Source: Octopus bimaculoides
Lineage: Eukaryota
Assembly (NCBI RefSeq): GCF_001194135.2
Contig: NC_068999.1
Span: forward strand, 3,600,173 to 3,645,047
Length of the DNA: 44,875 nt
Reading direction: 5' to 3'
Shown here: positions 37,923 through 44,875 of the stretch, piece by piece
Position numbering within the stretch: position 1 is the stretch's first letter
Layout of the letters: each line of letters starts with the position of its first letter
Made by a program: the position numbers and the translations under genes
The notes under the pieces: generated by a model
What the model was told of the DNA's origin: nothing
What the model saw: only the letters and a program-made list of their open reading frames with translations
Databases searched by the model: none

Positions 37923-39260
37923 TTACTGATGTTGCGAAAAGCCGCCTGGGTGAATAGAAACCCGAGACATGCAATTGCTGTAAGGTTGACATTATGTATG
38001 ATACATAGATGGTTATTTGTCTCTAAAGTTTCCCAGTAAAATGTCGAGATGTTATTTTGTGTTTTTATGACAAAAGGAACCATAGGCAAGCTTTCCGTTA
38101 CCTTCAGCTCTTAGTAAGTCACTGGAATCGAACTTGGAATTGGTAGAAATGTCAGATAAGAAAATAGAAAACGTGATTATGTCTTAGATTTGAGTGTATT
38201 TTGTAGATTAGGCTTCTTAGGTAACGTGCCATGAACAGATGACAGATTAATTATTCTGGGAGATATAATGTCAGCCAATTTCAAGAAGCAGTCTTTGATA
38301 ATCTGATAACTCTTCCCGCACTGTGTCTTGCAAAGTATATTTACGGCACCGAAGTGAATTTAACTGATCTATCAGTCATTAAGTCCAGTACTGTTGCCAC
38401 TCAGCTCTGTGACGGCAGCAGATAACGTTTGATACAATTAGATAAGAAAAAGAATTTTTAAGCAATACCAAATTTACTGTTAGTTCCTCTTCGTTTTCTT
38501 GGTATTTTCTTCCGTCAGATGTCTAAAAACCAAAGTATTTAGACATACAACACAGGTGTTGTATTGAACACCTATTTAAACTGTCATGGTGGAGGGTCTG
38601 GTCGATAACGTCCACAAACCGAATAATTCCCAGGCCCACTGAAACATTGTGAAGAATTTAAACAGAGATTTCGGTGACTTTAAGACTTATTTATGGTTCC
38701 CAACGGATAAAACGGCCATAAAGATTCGGTCACGAGGTTTATAAATCTTAGAGAAGAACTAAAACTGTCAGATGCGCGAGAAATCTTCTTGAAGGTAACT
38801 TAACGATGTTTTAGGTCAGAATCGGTAACTGAAGAATTAAAAATTGATCACTCGTCGATTTATGTTTGTCTGTTTAGAGTTTTTATCTCTGGAGATATTG
38901 CACTTTATTTTAACTTAACCCAGCAGATAACAATTTGTAGTAAATTTAGATAAAATCAAGCGGTGTAGCGTTTAGTATGGGGCTTGCGTTTGATGAATAA
39001 AATGTGGAACCGAGAAAGAGTGAGATTCTTGCACGTACGAGGTCAGCCAGAGGAATTTGTAACCAGAAGTAGTGCTGCTTTCTTGGATCTCTCTCTCTCA
39101 GACCTACATTTACTATCATAAAAAAAGCTAAAATTGGAAGCAGCTTGATATTGTAGAAGCGGGCAAGAGATTGTGAACAGAATTTACGAAAAACGTGTGG
39201 GAGAGGAGTGCGTATGTTTTTGTGTCTGTATGTGTAGCTCAGTGTGTGCTTGTGTGTGTA

Positions 39261-39304
<44 letters not shown>

Positions 39305-40597
39305 NNNNNNNNNNNNNNNNNNNNNNNNNNNNNNNNNNNNNNNNNNNNNNNNNNNNNNNNNNNNNNNNNNNNNNNNNNNNNNNNNNNNNNNNNNNNNNNN
39401 NNNNNNNNNNNNNNNNNNNNNNNNNNNNNNNNNNNNNNNNNNNNNNNNNNNNNNNNNNNNNNNNNNNNNNNNNNNNNNNNNNNNNNNNNNNNNNNNNNNN
39501 NNNNNNNNNNNNNNNNNNNNNNNNNNNNNNNNNNNNNNNNNNNNNNNNNNNNNNNNNNNNNNNNNNNNNNNNNNNNNNNNNNNNNNNNNNNNNNNNNNNN
39601 NNNNNNNNNNNNNNNNNNNNNNNNNNNNNNNNNNNNNNNNNNNNNNNNNNNNNNNNNNNNNNNNNNNNNNNNNNNNNNNNNNNNNNNNNNNNNNNNNNNN
39701 NNNNNNNNNNNNNNNNNNNNNNNNNNNNNNNNNNNNNNNNNNNNNNNNNNNNNNNNNNNNNNNNNNNNNNNNNNNNNNNNNNNNNNNNNNNNNNNNNNNN
39801 NNNNNNNNNNNNNNNNNNNNNNNNNNNNNNNNNNNNNNNNNNNNNNNNNNNNNNNNNNNNNNNNNNNNNNNNNNNNNNNNNNNNNNNNNNNNNNNNNNNN
39901 NNNNNNNNNNNNNNNNNNNNNNNNNNNNNNNNNNNNNNNNNNNNNNNNNNNNNNNNNNNNNNNNNNNNNNNNNNNNNNNNNNNNNNNNNNNNNNNNNNNN
40001 NNNNNNNNNNNNNNNNNNNNNNNNNNNNNNNNNNNNNNNNNNNNNNNNNNNNNNNNNNNNNNNNNNNNNNNNNNNNNNNNNNNNNNNNNNNNNNNNNNNN
40101 NNNNNNNNNNNNNNNNNNNNNNNNNNNNNNNNNNNNNNNNNNNNNNNNNNNNNNNNNNNNNNNNNNNNNNNNNNNNNNNNNNNNNNNNNNNNNNNNNNNN
40201 NNNNNNNNNNNNNNNNNNNNNNNNNNNNNNNNNNNNNNNNNNATATATATGCATATATGTATGTATGTGTGTATATGTATATATGTATGTATGAGTGTAT
40301 AAGTATATATATGTATGTATGTGTTTATATGTATATATGCATGTATGTGTATATATATGTATATGTGTATATGTATGTGTGTGTGTGTATGTGTGTGTGT
40401 GTATGTGTGTGTGTGTGTGTGTGTGCAGATATCTATTTATGCTTTCATGTACGCATACGTCTGTGTTTATACATATGTGTGTACATTATTTATGTCAGCC
40501 TCTTTAATTGTCAGTCTCTCAACCAACCAACCTAGTTGTAATCTGCCAACTTTTTATTCATTTGCCATAATAGAAAAAAAGCTCCATATTCTGTCCT

Positions 40598-40647
40598 TAC
40601 ATAACAACTGCTTTGTTTCGCCATGAAATAGCTCTTCAGGTAGTGTT
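40598..40647 (-). ncRNA. Hammerhead-ribozyme-like motif (probably decayed)
   Basis: CTGAAGA-GCTAT(TTC)ATGGC-GAAAC with a clean G-C-closed helix II; helices I and III imperfect. Confidence 0.4.
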
Positions 40648-40926
40648 CCTTATTTCACCTTTTAAATCGATTTCTAAAAAAGAATCGACGTGTATCGTTT
40701 GCTTCGTATAGTGTTTACATTGTGGAATATACACCAGAAAGACCTACCAAATTTAACCGTAAAATTTTGAAGCTTTAATCTTTCAAACGGGAAAGGAAGC
40801 TTCGGCTTCTACTTGTGAAACTTTGTGATCACAGTGACAGCTCTGGTATATTGGTTATCACAGCCAATCGATTTTGGCAGGTACATTTATTTTATTATTT
40901 TAAAGAACACACGCGGAAACGAAAAA

Positions 40927-40971
40927 TGTTGCTGAAGAGGTCACAAATGTGTGATGAAAGATTTCCGGACA
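40927..40971 (+). ncRNA. Candidate minimal type I hammerhead ribozyme
   Basis: TGTTG-CTGAAGA-G-GTCACA(AATG)TGTGAT-GAAA-G(AT)T-T-C-CGGACA; all core blocks in the correct order. Confidence 0.45.
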
Positions 40972-41265
40972 ATGGACAGGCATTATATTAATAAAATAAC
41001 AGTAATAAACGAGTGAAGAAAAAAAAATATATATAGTGCGTGTGCTTATTTAGCAATAAATAAATAAATAAAATAAAATAAAAAAAAAATAAAATGACCA
41101 CCCCAAAGTACAACAATAACTCTTGCTTTTTTTACTTCATATATTATGAATGATTGCTTATGGTTAGATTTGGATTTGAGGAAATTCGTAAATTCTTCTG
41201 AGGGCTTAAAAAATACATATTGATACATACATATACAGATATATACGCATATGTATATACACACG

Positions 41266-41297
<32 letters not shown>

Positions 41298-42096
41298 TAC
41301 TCACACACACACNNNNNNNNNNNNNNNNNNNNNNNNNNNNNNNNNNNNNNNNNNNNNNNNNNNNNNNNNNNNNNNNNNNNNNNNNNNNNNNNNNNNNNNN
41401 NNNNNNNNNNNNNNNNNNNNNNNNNNNNNNNNNNNNNNNNNNNNNNNNNNNNNNNNNNNNNNNNNNNNNNNNNNNNNNNNNNNNNNNNNNNNNNNNNNNN
41501 NNNNNNNNNNNNNNNNNNNNNNNNNNNNNNNNNNNNNNNNNNNNNNNNNNNNNNNNNNNNNNNNNNNNNNNNNNNNNNNNNNNNNNNNNNNNNNNNNNNN
41601 NNNNNNNNNNNNNNNNNNNNNNNNNNNNNNNNNNNNNNNNNNNNNNNNNNNNNNNNNNNNNNNNNNNNNNNNNNNNNNNNNNNNNCGATCTAATTGTGCC
41701 TAGAGTAGAAAAGATTGTTATTTTTCTTATTGTTGCTGTTGTATTTGTTTTTATTCATCGCACTTACAAAAGCAATCGTGGTAAAGAACCCCCCCTCTTT
41801 CTTGCAAGGGATGAACTGTGGCGTCTGGGATGTGTCATTTCCCACCAACGACGCCGTCGCTGGCGCCACCACTTTTGCCTCCGCCACCATCAACACTTAA
41901 TGCTCCATGATCGTTATCATCTTCATTCTCTTGCCCCTCCTCCTAACCACCACCACCATCCTCGTCATCATCATCATCGTCGTCGTCGTCGTCGTCATTA
42001 CCATCATATTCTTTCATCTCATCACCTCTATCATAATTAACATTACTCACAGCCCCATTATTTCCATAATGCGCCATTCACAAAATACGCATTACA

Positions 42097-42127
<31 letters not shown>

Positions 42128-43680
42128 TCACGCATACACGCCTACACACGCAAACACATACATGCATACACATACACACACATATACATATACACATACA
42201 TATATATATATACACATATACACACACATACATGCATATACGCCTACACACGCAAGCTCACATACATGCATGCACATACACACACATATACATATACACA
42301 TATCCATACACATATACATACACATATACACTCGCATGCATGCATACACTCCTACACCCGCATACACATACACACACAAATACACATACAGATATACAGA
42401 TATACACACACATATACATACGCCTACACACATACATGCACACACATACGTACGCACATATATATGCGTACACACATACACAAACAGACAAGTGTATGAG
42501 ATATAACACAAGTAATGTGACTAAAAAAATAAAATAAAACAATATGGAAAACAACAACAACTCCTGCAACATCATCATCGTCATCATCATTGTCAACGAC
42601 AACAACAACAACAACAATGCTAGCAGTAAGTATTAACAAAGTACACATTTCACAAATATAACTAAGCAAAAATCCGATCGGCAACAACAATAAGAAACAT
42701 AATTGAACATTCATCTACAAAACTGCAGCATTAAATAAGACATAACCACCACCGCTAACAACAACAACAACAACAACAACAACAAGAAGCAATAACTATA
42801 ATCGCAAGAACAACAAACATACAACTATGAAACATGACTACAACAGGAAGAACAACATTTAAAAAAAATATAACAATAATATACTACAACAGCAACAAAC
42901 AACAAAAATAATCGATAAAAACCACCACAAACTCTAAACCCCCTCCAACACCACTACCACCACCACCACCACCACCATGATCGTCGTAGTCGTTGTCGTC
43001 ACTACCGCGACCTCATCATCATCATCACCATCATCAACAACAATAACAAGAACTCCAACATCAATAACAATATGAACAACAATCGAACAATATTCGATAT
43101 TCTTATAAATCAGAAACTATTTCAAACCAAGACAACAAAACCTGTACGAAATGTCCGTCATGTGACAGTTTCCACCTGTTTCACCTCGCAATATTTTGTA
43201 CTTCTTCACTAAAGAGTTTCTCTTGTTTTTTCATTGTCGTACAGAAATCTGTTTTTCCTTTTCACATTGTTTTACATTTCGATTGATTGGTGCAGGCGGT
43301 AGAGAGTCAGAAGCACGGTTTTACAACGCGCAACAGATTGTGTAGACGTGTTGCAGTCGATCGAGGGTCAAAGAGATCGAAGGATGCATCGTCAGTGATG
43401 CTCCCGGGATATCAGGCGGTTTCGGGTCTTTGTTTATTAGACCTCCTTCACCCAGTTGATTCAGTCGGGGTTACCCAAGTCCCAGATTGCATCCAAGTAG
43501 CAGCAAAGACGTTGGTCCGTCCTCTTTGTCCAAAGCCATCTCCACAACTTCGCCTCATCGTTCTGATACTACTACCCTCTCATATCCGCTACTATCATAC
43601 TTGTAGTTCTTCTAATCCTTTTCATCAACTTACTTTCAGGTTTTCCACAGCACCACCTACCTAGACTGTCAGATGCTAAG

Positions 43681-43702
43681 ATTTCGGAGTAGTTGTCTCC
43701 TC
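43681..43702. mobile_element. Solo fragment of the TIR of the 36120-36459 MITE family
   Basis: ATTTCGGAGTAGTTGTCTCCTC matches the TIR at 21/22. Confidence 0.55.
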
Positions 43703-44196
43703 ATCGGTCACAGACATTAAACAGACGGCTGAATTAAGAGATTACCTCTCTGTTGCTTTTCTAGTCACCGTACCATGACTGGTACCGAACGTGCATCAGA
43801 CATATTCGGACCAAAAATGACATTGCAGTTTCACTTATCACTGCTTACCACCCCCGCCCCACTACGTAATTTACTTACGGTGAGTCGCCGTATAGCACTC
43901 TCTCTCTCTCTCTCTCTCTCTCTGCTCACTCAAAACTTCTTTACTCTCTTTTCTCATTTTATACTTATCTTCTCTCTCTCCCTCTCTCTTTATACTTATT
44001 CCGTACCCATTCTCTTTCTACGCATTCTGTACTCATCCTCCCCCTCAACACATTATTATTCCACGCTGTTATTTCACAATGATACAATACGTATGCAGAA
44101 GTACATACATACATATATACAAAACAGAAACACACACACACAAACACATTTATATACATACTTATATATAGATATATATATTCTCATGTACATGCT

Positions 44197-44252
<56 letters not shown>

Positions 44253-44281
44253 AATATATATACGTATATATGCATATATAT

Positions 44282-44327
<46 letters not shown>

Positions 44328-44544
44328 ATGTATATATACATTGTTATATACTTCTATGTGATCTATAAAAAATATATATATATATTTATACATATATTTA
44401 TACATATATTTATACACAAACACACATATATACACATGCACATTGTGTATACGTATACATGTATACAAGCATACATACACACACGTACATGTGAAAATGT
44501 GAGAACTTCGGATATATGTATATTTGCATGTGCGTTGTATGTGG

Positions 44545-44585
<41 letters not shown>

Positions 44586-44875
44586 TTTGTGGGTATGTGT
44601 GTATCTGTGTGTGCATGTGTGTGTGTGTGCACATCCGAACATATAATAACAATTATGTTGATATAAATGATAGGTGACATTGCAAGTCTTGATTGGAAAA
44701 AAAATCTAAAGCGGATTATCGGATTAAGTTTCGGATTTGCGATTTGGTCCAGTTCGGTCCTTAATTTGACATCAGAACATCATCGTTTTGTTTTTCTGGT
44801 TTCTTTCATTTCTAGAAAATAAAACTGAATGAAAATATTTAATATTGAGGAAGAGGGAGAGAAAGAGAAGAAAGT

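Noticed and set aside
38246-38425. LRR-like frame (SQFQEAVFDNLITL)
   Set aside because: One partial repeat only, poor acceptor, no LxxLxLxxN continuation
43287-43664. 125-aa ORF, and a PKA-like ARFYNAQQIV in another frame
   Set aside because: No domain recognised; the kinase-like frame stops immediately and has no other kinase motifs

Overview
Eukaryotic, AT-rich, microsatellite-saturated DNA from a draft assembly, with 15 N-gaps totalling about 8.0 kb (about 18%), nearly all bordered by simple repeats. The tRNA-headed SINE families, MITEs and repeat landscape are what I recognise from Octopus/coleoid genomes (inference; no search run). No gene can be named, and nearly every ORF in the supplied track is a microsatellite or N-gap artefact. 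The window reads as intronic/intergenic DNA with many SINE copies and fragments, three MITE types (piggyBac-like, hAT-like, and a 340-bp element with ~66-bp TIRs), two minisatellites with higher-order structure, several promoter/enhancer-like motif clusters, and a few unverified exon candidates. The most notable signals are two outward-facing hammerhead-ribozyme-like cores about 300 bp apart (40598-40647 minus, 40927-40971 plus), a frameshifted coding-like relic at 23649-24051, and a tandem E-box/AP-1 cassette at 37856-37922. I cannot support a claim of a new biological system; these are testable leads.
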